Below are positions 20,601 to 29,249 of a DNA stretch of 64,000 nt, in pieces. The DNA comes from Porphyridium purpureum (Eukaryota). The stretch spans positions 124,001 to 188,000 of the forward strand of contig VRMN01000018.1 in assembly GCA_008690995.1 (NCBI GenBank), written 5' to 3'. Every line of letters begins with the position of its first letter. The stretch's first letter is position 1. The notes beneath the pieces are model-generated. The model did no database searches, was not told the origin of the DNA, and was given only the letters and a program-made list of their open reading frames with translations. The position numbers and the translations under genes are program-made.

Positions 20601-22035
20601 GCTCCATCATCATCAGCGCGCCGCGAGTCGCCTCTGTGGCTGCATTCGGGAGAGGGACGGTGCTCACCATCGCAGGCAAGTGAGATTGTGACGCACGCAA
20701 CACGTGACTTGTGAACGAACCGGAAGAAGCCTTTGACGGCTCTTGCGGTGCTCCATACTGGTACGCTGCCGAGCCTTGCATCTGCGCTTGCGGGTGCGCC
20801 TGAACACCTTGTTCCTCGGGCCGTATGAATGTATTGGAAGGCCGAACTAGCAAGGATTGATGGAGGTTGGTCTGCGAGCCAACTTGCGCGACATTGAAAG
20901 ACGGTTGCGACTGCTGATATGCCACACCTTGAAATGAATGCGGAATGGGTGCAGCGCTCCCGCCGCCACCGCCACCGCCAAACTGGGGTTGACTATAGCC
21001 GTATGCGTCCAGAGCGGTTGCATGAGTGCTGCTATAACTCTGATGTGTCCCAGCTGGATGCCCGTACGCTACATTCGTATTGAAGTTAGTTGTCGCAGCC
21101 ACTGCCGTACGCGATAAGGGTGATGTCTCGCATGACGTCATTGACGCACTTGGGTTCTGCCAGTCTGGCCGTTGCTCGCCTGATACTAGCCCGGCGGGGA
21201 ACGTATCGGAGAAAGTATCTCGTGGTGTCACTGCAGATCCGTCCGGAATAAGCGGTTCAATCATTCTCGAGCTCGTGAAAGCCACGTTCATGCTCGTCGA
21301 GAGCGTGAGGTCCGAACCGTCTTCATTCTCGATGCCTAGCCCGTCCTGCGCGGGCAAGCCCGACAAAAAGGCCGACGTAGGTGACAACACACCGGGATCT
21401 GAACTGAACATAATACTATCGTCATCACCGAACATGATTTCTGCGCTACCTGACTGTTCGCGTTCTTGCATGGCCGCGTCTGCATCTCCAGAAGTAGCGT
21501 TTTCCAGAGCAGCAGCCTGCTGCGTGCGCTCCCCCTCGGATGCCGTTAGACTGGGTCCCGCACGCTCACCTTGGAGCGAGACTTGCGCTGCTTGTTCTGC
21601 TACTGTCTCCACTTGTGCGTCTTTGTGCCCGACTGAGGTGTCGATACCGTCAAGCACGCTAGACTCGTGTATTCTGTCCGCTCTTTGCTGAGGCTGCAAC
21701 AGCTCTGTGGGCCCAGCGGTGCCAGAAGATATACTGCTCGACTGGCGACTCGTGCTCATTCCCACCGACAGAGCGTGAGTCTGTGGCTCTTCGGCTCCGA
21801 GCTGCGCTTCCTGTTTGCGACGTTCGTGCGGATCGTCCTGTGCCTGTCCATGCTGATCCGTTTGACCAAGCTCAAACCACGCGTCGTTCCACCCACCCGC
21901 GGCGTCTTTGTCTTCGCCTCCCACCTCGCCCCAGCCATTTCCTTGCACATCCAAGTCCAGTTCACGTTCGTTGCCATCAAACGCAATCTCATTGGCCCAA
22001 CCTATTCCGGGGCTCTGCTCGCGCTTATCCTCCAT
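17608..22035 (-). CDS. SEC16: Sec16 (COPII ER-exit-site scaffold)
   Basis: MGFNGRVVIL (FGFGG-like), AALDTAIKHSCWDLALALA, AAHVCHLLA, LGEKENKFYYNTELGQYV and RTRYVDT motifs; long disordered N-terminus. Confidence 0.82.
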   Translation of the reverse strand: MEDKREQSPGIGWANEIAFDGNERELDLDVQGNGWGEVGGEDKDAAGGWNDAWFELGQTDQHGQAQDDPHERRKQEAQLGAEEPQTHALSVGMSTSRQSSSISSGTAGPTELLQPQQRADRIHESSVLDGIDTSVGHKDAQVETVAEQAAQVSLQGERAGPSLTASEGERTQQAAALENATSGDADAAMQEREQSGSAEIMFGDDDSIMFSSDPGVLSPTSAFLSGLPAQDGLGIENEDGSDLTLSTSMNVAFTSSRMIEPLIPDGSAVTPRDTFSDTFPAGLVSGEQRPDWQNPSASMTSCETSPLSRTAVAATTNFNTNVAYGHPAGTHQSYSSTHATALDAYGYSQPQFGGGGGGGSAAPIPHSFQGVAYQQSQPSFNVAQVGSQTNLHQSLLVRPSNTFIRPEEQGVQAHPQAQMQGSAAYQYGAPQEPSKASSGSFTSHVLRASQSHLPAMVSTVPLPNAATEATRGALMMMEPQPGVAAGSGGAGGSALLAQNSLSRGQSFGSHSSLSKLGPMPVPPPVISDYGPLRSSAAPAPPRSDHSLPATSSTYGGADVRDHRADHGTWAAVAKTPSSHVAGQTAGHEWSRTEPHAIVQMGFNGRVVILRPAATLSAGLVMDSGGILGSPPSRTVRVASFASLISSADDEDLQVVQAFVPPGNNVSGTSASRVANANSSHSLYIALCEQMSMWGSLASLHAESRRALWRILKVYMEEIEKKDAAGSDGENAGGVSEKARRMNERLAAALSQAAGMRKPFFNPANLSQAKSKAAEEDEYPNPLQPEDKEGPISLAPNTKSLIERRSLASQVAELVAGGRPEAALDTAIKHSCWDLALALAASLGGAAQGNVLKLYAERVLNKASCLHSLVCAAAGPGGALREGETAAVKEFDAQRWRWEAACLVQIADVSRRRKGLQDLAEQLALLKGPGDLGNVFAAHVCHLLADGDICKTDSSRFLLVGSDTSSFAGRRVLFGSATSVCWSLMVDLYRSASSSGLFSASLAVPTGIALTRARKGTVSSVNDAPATRRYTISKFLLPFCLPMAVELMNVGKPAAALDLVVAVSSNIEAIFASREGHAFTPPFLAQLQEFEARLRHASGIDRDANKAGGYSSGRQGKFSFGALGGRVSKLFAGSEHDTLIQQHGQYSSYAAPAVGVGTGSAAPKKKGWDSIVASAVGALVSNDNDAEEDERASAGTAFGDGGAQQPGTVGRHASGMGVALQDCSSVAGGGRKLESRVDDYSQEHTRPGQTLAHQEKGLRIASPTSASSTTPAAKEQADNGVIPSASSWGNLLANATGNVGSKFLSIVGPKQAHLGEKENKFYYNTELGQYVVRGEEDKVRAESVVAPPPKDPIVAVADPVPRSAAPRASGQADSTKDMTMGLDSAASQPQPPPPHGVLHAPPVSAAGAANRFAPRTRNPRTRYVDTLAPGSVPAVPTIGGATLPASSMVRPMANPFAVLPPTQEFGSNAEPSREGE

Positions 22036-22403
22036 GCCCCGACTCTATCACGCCGCACTCGCTCTCCGGACACGCATGAAAAAGGAAGAACACCCAGTCA
22101 ACGACCCACTCAGCGCACAAGCACGGAAGCGAGGCTCGAGGAGCAACCAAGTCGAGCGAGTGGAGCAAGCAAGTGCCAGCAGGACCGACGCGTGCTCGTC
22201 CCGCCGTCAAAGACGCAGCGCCCGCTATCAATCAGCGCCGGCTGCAGCCACAACGACATCAATCCACGCCAGGGGAAGGCCGCCACACGCACTGCGTCCA
22301 CCGCGGCTGCTCGTCTCTCCACGCGCGTGCGCCGTGCCGCCACCACCACCACCACTACCACCCACCTCGACACCGCCACGTTTTAAATCCTCCCCTCTTC
22401 TCT

Positions 22404-22424
22404 CACTGTACTTCCAGTACAGTG
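22404..22424. promoter_or_regulatory. Perfect 8-bp inverted repeat CACTGTAC-ttcca-GTACAGTG in the Sec16/COPE divergent promoter
   Basis: Read directly from sequence; the same core recurs at 3195, 12059 and 37976. Confidence 0.6.
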
Positions 22425-22590
22425 TTGGTCACCTCTCGCTGCCGCGTGTGCCTTGAATGGGCGCTCTATAATAAAACGGGCTAGTTTAATGAGAGAGCGC
22501 GTGAAAACGTGGCTCGAAAGAAAAAAAACTTTCGGAGGGCGAGAGAGAGACGGGGAGGAGGAGGAGGAGAAGAAGAAGGAGAAGGAGAAG

Positions 22591-23472
22591 ATGGATGAGC
22601 TGTTTGAGCTGAGGAACTACTTCTACCTGGGAAATTTCCCGGCGGCGGTAGAGGAAGGGACGACGATCGCGGTAGAGTCGGACGCGACGCGCATCGAGCG
22701 CGACGTGATTCTCGCGCGCGCGGCGATTGCGCGAGGCAATCATGATGAGGTCATCCAGCAGGTGAGTGACTCGTCGCCCGTCGCGATGCAGGCGGTGCGG
22801 CTGCTCGCCATGTACAGGAAGGATCCGGCCGGGCAGAGGGAAATCGCCGAGCTGACGCTCAGGGAGTGGGTGGCCGATCCTGTGAGTGGCAGCAATCCGG
22901 CGTTGCTTTTGGTGGCCGCTATCGTGTTCAGCGAGGCAGGGAACTACGACGACGCGCTTAGGTGCGCTCACAACGGCCAGTCGCTGGAGCATTCGGCACT
23001 GAAGATTCAGATTCTGCTGATGATCGACCGAGCGGACGCGGCGAGAAAGGAGCTCGAAGGCATGAAGCGGACGGACGAGGACCATACCCTTACACAGCTC
23101 GCATCCGCGTGGGTGAATCTCGCCGCTGAAGACGCGGATACGATCCGCGAGGCGCTTTACACGTACCAGGAGCTACTGGAAAGGCACGGATCAACCGACC
23201 TGATTCTGAATGGGATTGCTTCGTGCCAGTTGGCACTCAAGCAGACGGCCGAGGCCGATGCGACGCTACAAGAAGCGATCTCGCGCAATCCGAACTGTCC
23301 GGAAACGCTGATCAACATGATCACAGTGGCGCACCAGAGACAGAAGCCAGCAGAGCTCATTGCGCGCTACTTTGCGCAGCTGCAAACCGTGGATCCTGGT
23401 AATCCGTGGGTGCAGTCATTCATTGCCGCAGACGCGCTGCTGTCGGCGCTCGTGGCCAGTCCCCCCGTGTAG
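22591..23472 (+). CDS. COPE: Coatomer epsilon subunit (epsilon-COP)
   Basis: MDELFELRNYFYLGNF, DEDHTLTQLASAWVNL, TPR-like helices; about 293 aa; first fitting ATG at 22591. Confidence 0.93.
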   Translation: MDELFELRNYFYLGNFPAAVEEGTTIAVESDATRIERDVILARAAIARGNHDEVIQQVSDSSPVAMQAVRLLAMYRKDPAGQREIAELTLREWVADPVSGSNPALLLVAAIVFSEAGNYDDALRCAHNGQSLEHSALKIQILLMIDRADAARKELEGMKRTDEDHTLTQLASAWVNLAAEDADTIREALYTYQELLERHGSTDLILNGIASCQLALKQTAEADATLQEAISRNPNCPETLINMITVAHQRQKPAELIARYFAQLQTVDPGNPWVQSFIAADALLSALVASPPV

Positions 23473-24098
23473 TGCTTGGGCGCGACGTGGACGCCACCTT
23501 GATTCAACTTTGCGCAAGCGTTTTAATCGTTTCTCCGTTTGACAACAATAACGCTTCTTATCCGTCCTTCTCTGCTGTGCTACGACTCTGGCGTGCTCAC
23601 ACGAACCCGCGAACGTGCCGTGCCTGCGTGCCGCAGTCTGGCCGAACTCCGCACGTTGGCCTTCTGCTGCTCGCATTGCAACGTCATCACAGAGCGTTGT
23701 TCTGTGTGAACGTCACTGGCGTTGTCCGCACCAGCAGCCACCGCCACATGCCCACAAAATTGGTGCGTTTGTCGCGTTTTTTGCCGTTCGTGGCGTTTTT
23801 TTCTCCCCTCTTTTTCCAGGGTGAGCTGCAGCAGGCCGCCAATTGAGCGGGTTTTGATAGAGTGACGCGAGATTTTTAAGCACACAAGACGCGTCACGCG
23901 CGGCTTCACGCGCACAAATACACACGCAAGCTCGAGACAAGGACAGAGCGAGCGAGACCCAAGTGCAGACGTCTGGTGTGCACAACAGCAAGAGCAAAAG
24001 CCCAAGCTGACGTCAACTGCGAGCGCGAGGCGGTGTGCTGAAGAAAGAAGCGGGCGCGGCGACAGCGCGTGCAAAAAGGAGGAGCCAGACAGACCGGC

Positions 24099-24527
24099 AT
24101 GGAGCAGCATCCGGCAAACCAGAAGGTGAGCATGCAGGGAAGCCCGAATCTGAGAAACGCGGCGCGCGGGTCGCCGGCGCTTGTGCCCGTGCGCATCCAC
24201 GCGGCGGCTGCGCCAGTCGCGGCGTCGGTGCCCGCGCCCGCTGGACACATGTCCCGCATGGACTCGATCTATTCCTCGGCCGGCATGACGTCCCGGTCGT
24301 TCCCCAGCAAGTCGTCGTCCCTGTCGCAGGATAGGCGCCGCAAGCCGCGCAACAAGCTGATGCAGAGCAAGGGCACGACAAAGGAGCGCAGCGCGCCACT
24401 GGACGCGCGCTCGGCCCCTGGCGCCATTGACGAGTACGACCCGAACTTTGACTCGTCGGAAGAGGCCCTGCTCGACGAGTATGTTGTACATTACGACGAG
24501 GATGTCATGATGCGCATGGACGACTAG
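24099..24527 (+). CDS. Small disordered protein resembling the PDCD4/MA3-protein N-terminus
   Basis: ATG at 24099; basic DRRRKPR followed by IDEYDPNFDSSEE; coding-like GC3 bias. Confidence 0.55.
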   Translation: MEQHPANQKVSMQGSPNLRNAARGSPALVPVRIHAAAAPVAASVPAPAGHMSRMDSIYSSAGMTSRSFPSKSSSLSQDRRRKPRNKLMQSKGTTKERSAPLDARSAPGAIDEYDPNFDSSEEALLDEYVVHYDEDVMMRMDD

Positions 24528-25104
24528 GCTTGCTTCCAGACGCGACCATACCCTGCAGTGCTGCGTCGCAACAGCCCGGAAACGGGCGCGTGCACGCGCG
24601 GCCTAGTCCCGTACATCTGAATGGAAAGTCCTGTGCGCCCCCCAAAAAAGCAACCTTGAAGCCCGCGGTGGGTCATGAGCGCTGTGACGATGCAGGTCTC
24701 GCACGAACTGGCGTCGAGAATGAAACGACGAGCGCCCGCGCTGTGAACCGAGGCGACCGCTCGCAGCAGCGCGGCACCACCGCAAGTAAACAAGCGCCCA
24801 CTGGTGTACACTTGAAACCTCTGTCGCGCTGTACCTCCACGTAGGGTAGGTCGCCTCATCCTTACCAGGAAACGCACGTCACCAACAGTACCCCTACACT
24901 GTACCTCCATCCATTTGTCACGCGCGTGATGTTTTGGGCCTGTTTTGATAGGGAGGCGCGAAAAACGTGTGCTTTGGTTTTTTACGTTTTTTTTGGTTTC
25001 ATTTGGAGCGGCACAGCGCGGAGTGCGAAGGGGCGATGGCGCGAGGGGGAAGAGGGAGAGGGGACGTGGGAAGGCACGAGAGGAAGAGGGGGAGGGGGTG
25101 TTGT

Positions 25105-25165
25105 GCATGGATCGATGGACGGATGCATGCATGGATGCATGGATGGATGGACGGATGCATGCATG
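25105..25165 (+). repeat. Imperfect (ATGG/ATGC)n tetranucleotide repeat
   Basis: gcatggatcgatggacggatgcatgcatggatgcatggatggatggacggatgcatgcatgc. Confidence 0.7.
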
Positions 25166-25759
25166 CAGCGGTAGATGCACATACACGGCGCGGGGCGGAA
25201 GGTGGGAAGCATAGAGTGGTACGGGTGCACGGGGAGAGTGCACGTGTGGTTGGCGCGCAGGGTTGAGCAAAGCGGAACCGCCGCGACACGCGACGTGCGC
25301 GGCGTTTGAGGTGGCAAGGGGTTTTGTTCTTGTGGAGGGCGCGAGGGTGCGTCGTGGCGTGACGAGGCGGAAGCGGCGGGTTGGGCGCGGAGGTGGGTGG
25401 TAGGGCAGAGGAGAGGCGGAACGCGTCCGCGCGACGCGCGCGGAGCGGGCGAGCACTAGTTTGGCGCGCGGGGTGTTTGGTGGGAGTGGCGTGTGCGTTT
25501 GTCTTCGGCGTCGTTTTTGTCGACGGCGGGTCGGCAGACGCCGGAAGAGCGTGAGGCGGCGCGGTGGAGAAGTGCCGTGGCACGTGCGCCGAGTTCGAGT
25601 CGCGTGTGTGGTAAGCGTGCCTTTAATTGGAGCGAGCGAGAGCGAGCGGGAACGAGCGCCGCTTGCTCGCGCAGAATTCAACGCGTGCGCGCCGAGTGCA
25701 CATTTTTGATTGTGCGGGGAGCGTAAGAACGACACAGTACAACACGGCGGGACGCCATC

Positions 25760-28700
25760 ATGCCTTTTCATAGAACGTGGGCGAGTGCGGCGACAGCTGC
25801 GTCTGCGGGCATGTCTCCGGGAAGTAAATATCGCGACGGTGGCAGGCAAGAGAATCCCTCTCAGGTCCGCGTGCTGACTCCGCAGCAGCAGCAGCAACAT
25901 CATCATCATCAAAAGCAGCTGCAGAGGCAGCAACACCAACAACATCAGCAGGAGGGAGGGCAGCAACAGCAGGGTCCACCGCACAAGCAGCACCATGAAG
26001 AACAAGGGCGGGAACGGCAACAAATACAGGAGGATCAGCGGCATCAGCACAGACAACTCACACAGCAGCTTGCGTTGGAGCAGTACAGACGCCGGCAACA
26101 GTATAAGCAAGAGCTGCACCCTTCTCAACTTCCGCCCATGCAGAGCGGGCTCGTGCACTCGCCGCAGGACTCGTTACAGCAGTCAACGGTGGATCATCAG
26201 ACACTGTGGGGCGATCCAACTGGTATGCTGGAGCACCATCCGATGGTCGCTTCGCACGCGGACGGGGGCAGTGTGAACATGAACGCAGTACAGCCAGCAG
26301 AAGTTTCCATGCTGCCCACACTTGTGCGGCTCAAGCGGAAGCGCAACGAGCACCCTCTGGACACACTGCAGATTGAGCACAAGGCGCCCAAGCGGAACTA
26401 CGGGAAGCCACCAAACTTGTTCAGCCACCTGTCGCTCGGAGGAACTGGAGCCAGCTCTATTGCAGGAGGCGGTGGCGGGGCCGAGAGCGCGGAGAGCCGC
26501 TGCGTGTCTGCTGCAGGTAGTGCGGCGGGAACGTTTGCGGACCAGCAGCAGCCGCTTGCGCAAAGCGGATTGGCCATGTCGGAGGAGCACAGCTCACCAA
26601 ACTTTGCTGTCGTTGACCAACGGAACGAGTATGCGCGGCGCGAGTTCCGGCGCGTGGGGACCTTGTTGTACCCTCGCGTCGAGCTTGGCGGCTCGCAACA
26701 GCAGCAACAACAACAGCATCAGCAACAACAATATCAGCGCTTACAGCAGCACCAGCTGCTGCATCAACAACAAAGACAGCAAACCCAGCAGCAGCATCCA
26801 CAACAACACAGCACAGGAAGTGCGAATCCTAATGCGGAGGAGTTGGGAGCAGCGCTCATGGGTAAGGCGGTTCCTGCGACTGGCGGTGGCGGGGCGTCAA
26901 GCAGCATGTCTCATTCGCTACGCTCAAGCAAACTGCCGACCGTGCTACTCCAGCAACATGCGCCAAGCAGCTCGTCGTCGATCGACCCGCAGATTACCGG
27001 CGAAGATCTTATGCTGCACGATGAGAGTTCGACGGGCGCGCGACTGGACTCGGAGCATCTAAGCCTGACGACGCGTGCCGTTGAAGCAGAATCGGCCATG
27101 GTACCCGAGGAAGACGAACGTGCTGTTACACGAACCATTGTGACCGAAGGGGTGGCGCTTGGCGGTGGTGGAGGTGGAACTGGATCAAGCAACACGGCAG
27201 TCGACCAATCGGCCATCAACAAGAGCAATAGCCAAGTCGCGCACGCACAGAATGCGCCCGAAGACGTATCAACTACTACCACTCTAGCATCGCAGGATTT
27301 TTTAGCAGAGGGTTATTGGGACCCGGAAATGTTCCGTGTCATTGACTTGGTACCTACGCGGTTCCGCAAATCTGGGGCGGCGGCTCAGGGCCAAGCGCCC
27401 CCCGTTGTCCGCTCGGGATCAGGTACTCCCCTCGTGGGTCACCATGTGCCGCAGGTTCAGCGGCAGAACCAGAATCAAAGACACCGCGGGATGGCTCGCG
27501 ATATGCACACCGAAGCAGGAGCAAAACCAGGCCCTGGCGCTCAGGCTGAGATAGCCGTGGTGGATGAACAACAGCCGCGGCAGCGGCTTGCGCATCATCG
27601 ACAAGAACAGCGCTTCACGCAGCAGCGCAACATGCATCTGCGGCAACTGCCACAGCAGGGAGGTGCATGTGCACCGAGTGTGCTGGGGCGACGCATGTCA
27701 TACGGAAGTAGTCTTCCTCGGCAGAGGGCGCGCGGATCAGAAGAAGAGCTGGAGAGCGTGAATGATCAAGACAGGACGATGATGCCTTGTGATGAAAATG
27801 ATGAAGGCGAGAAAATTGAGCAGCGGATGGCAGTGCCGGCGAGAGCGCCGCGAAGGCGATACTCAGACCGCCTTGCGCGGCGAGCGGTAGACGCCGCGAA
27901 TCTGGATGCCATTTTGGCCGCTGCTGAAGCGACTGAGGCAGCGGCAGCGGGGCGCACGGCCAGTGAGGAATTTTGCGGCGCGATCACCACAAAATCGACG
28001 GGCGCCACGTCGTTGCAACGCACGCAATCAGGCTTGTGCAACGCGAATGACCACTTGACGAGCATGGGTGGCGGCAATATGACTCACCCGCGGCATAGTA
28101 CTGAACATCATTCCGCCTTGAGTTCGGGACATTTCACCGTGCGCCGCGCTGTGTCATCGAGCGGCGAGTGCGAGTCGGGCGGCTCGCTGTCGCCGTTCGA
28201 GATTCGCCCGCGTTCTGCTAGCGGTGACGACTCGACGGACTTGGAGAATGCCGGTTCGCACCCTGCAGACTTCACGCTCGGTGAGCGTGGTGACGGCTCC
28301 GCGCTGCGAGACCGCAAAGTTCGCGTAACAGCAAGGCGATACGGAAACAACACGACCGACGAGGACTATGTATATGACGTTTATTATGCGGTCGATCTGG
28401 AAGGCCAGCAGCACCAGTCCATGATGATGATGCCTCCGATCCCCGCCATGACAGGCGGGAACGCAGACTCGGGCTCTGCGCGCACCGGCTTTGTGTACGC
28501 TGATTTCTATGACCTGGGACTGAGCAAGGACGGCGATGCTGGCGGCCGTGCGGCTGACGAATTTCTTTCAGACATTGCGCGTCGAAGTGAGCAGGCCAAG
28601 TATCGTACGGTACTCGTTGATACCGCCAGTGAAGATGGGTACGAGCCCGAAATGGAGGATGAAGGTGGCTCGTCGCATCGTGGTTCAGCAAGCGCAAACG

Positions 28701-28930
28701 GTGCTTCCAAACCGGCCAGTGGTGGAAGCGACGCTGCAGTCGGTGCTTCTTCCGTCGTGCCAGCCTCTGGTGCGCATAATCACGTGCCAAAGCGCCGCAG
28801 GCGCAAACACCATATGCGCGCCGCTGCCGTCATATTTTCAGACGACGAGGATGTGCCGTACCGCAACAAGTTGCTTTTTGCCAGAAACCGCCGCCATGAT
28901 GACAGCTGGATGCAAGGTATCCGCAGGTGA
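25760..28930 (+). CDS. Iwr1/SLC7A6OS/DMS4(RDM4)-like RNA polymerase II nuclear-import factor, Q-rich and expanded
   Basis: LVRLKRKRNEHPLDTLQIE (N-terminal NLS motif) and DEDYVYDVYY motif; polyQ/H tracts. Confidence 0.65.
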   Translation: MPFHRTWASAATAASAGMSPGSKYRDGGRQENPSQVRVLTPQQQQQHHHHQKQLQRQQHQQHQQEGGQQQQGPPHKQHHEEQGRERQQIQEDQRHQHRQLTQQLALEQYRRRQQYKQELHPSQLPPMQSGLVHSPQDSLQQSTVDHQTLWGDPTGMLEHHPMVASHADGGSVNMNAVQPAEVSMLPTLVRLKRKRNEHPLDTLQIEHKAPKRNYGKPPNLFSHLSLGGTGASSIAGGGGGAESAESRCVSAAGSAAGTFADQQQPLAQSGLAMSEEHSSPNFAVVDQRNEYARREFRRVGTLLYPRVELGGSQQQQQQQHQQQQYQRLQQHQLLHQQQRQQTQQQHPQQHSTGSANPNAEELGAALMGKAVPATGGGGASSSMSHSLRSSKLPTVLLQQHAPSSSSSIDPQITGEDLMLHDESSTGARLDSEHLSLTTRAVEAESAMVPEEDERAVTRTIVTEGVALGGGGGGTGSSNTAVDQSAINKSNSQVAHAQNAPEDVSTTTTLASQDFLAEGYWDPEMFRVIDLVPTRFRKSGAAAQGQAPPVVRSGSGTPLVGHHVPQVQRQNQNQRHRGMARDMHTEAGAKPGPGAQAEIAVVDEQQPRQRLAHHRQEQRFTQQRNMHLRQLPQQGGACAPSVLGRRMSYGSSLPRQRARGSEEELESVNDQDRTMMPCDENDEGEKIEQRMAVPARAPRRRYSDRLARRAVDAANLDAILAAAEATEAAAAGRTASEEFCGAITTKSTGATSLQRTQSGLCNANDHLTSMGGGNMTHPRHSTEHHSALSSGHFTVRRAVSSSGECESGGSLSPFEIRPRSASGDDSTDLENAGSHPADFTLGERGDGSALRDRKVRVTARRYGNNTTDEDYVYDVYYAVDLEGQQHQSMMMMPPIPAMTGGNADSGSARTGFVYADFYDLGLSKDGDAGGRAADEFLSDIARRSEQAKYRTVLVDTASEDGYEPEMEDEGGSSHRGSASANGASKPASGGSDAAVGASSVVPASGAHNHVPKRRRRKHHMRAAAVIFSDDEDVPYRNKLLFARNRRHDDSWMQGIRR

Positions 28931-29249
28931 CTAAGCTGTATCACAGCTAGGACTCCGAATTTGTGTGTATTGGCTGTTTCATTTGGTTATCAAACCTTTC
29001 CAGGAATAAAGCTGCGGCTCGCGTTCGAGCAAGAAGTTCGTGTGTGTCTATCTATTGTTAGAATATAGCTTGCTATTCCGCCCAAAGCGGAAATCGAGAC
29101 GAAGCCAAACGACTTCTCAGCAGGCGGGCTGCACATAGAATGGCAAAGCACATGTTTCCTCTGAAACCCTGTGATTTCGTTCACGCGAACGAGAATGCAC
29201 CACGTTGAATGGGACTTCGCCCCGCTGACCGCAGTGTGGTTGTCCCGCA

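Noticed and set aside
24524..26158. 544-aa minus-strand ORF
   Set aside because: Low-complexity antisense of polyQ codons and GC-rich intergenic DNA; no domain-like sequence
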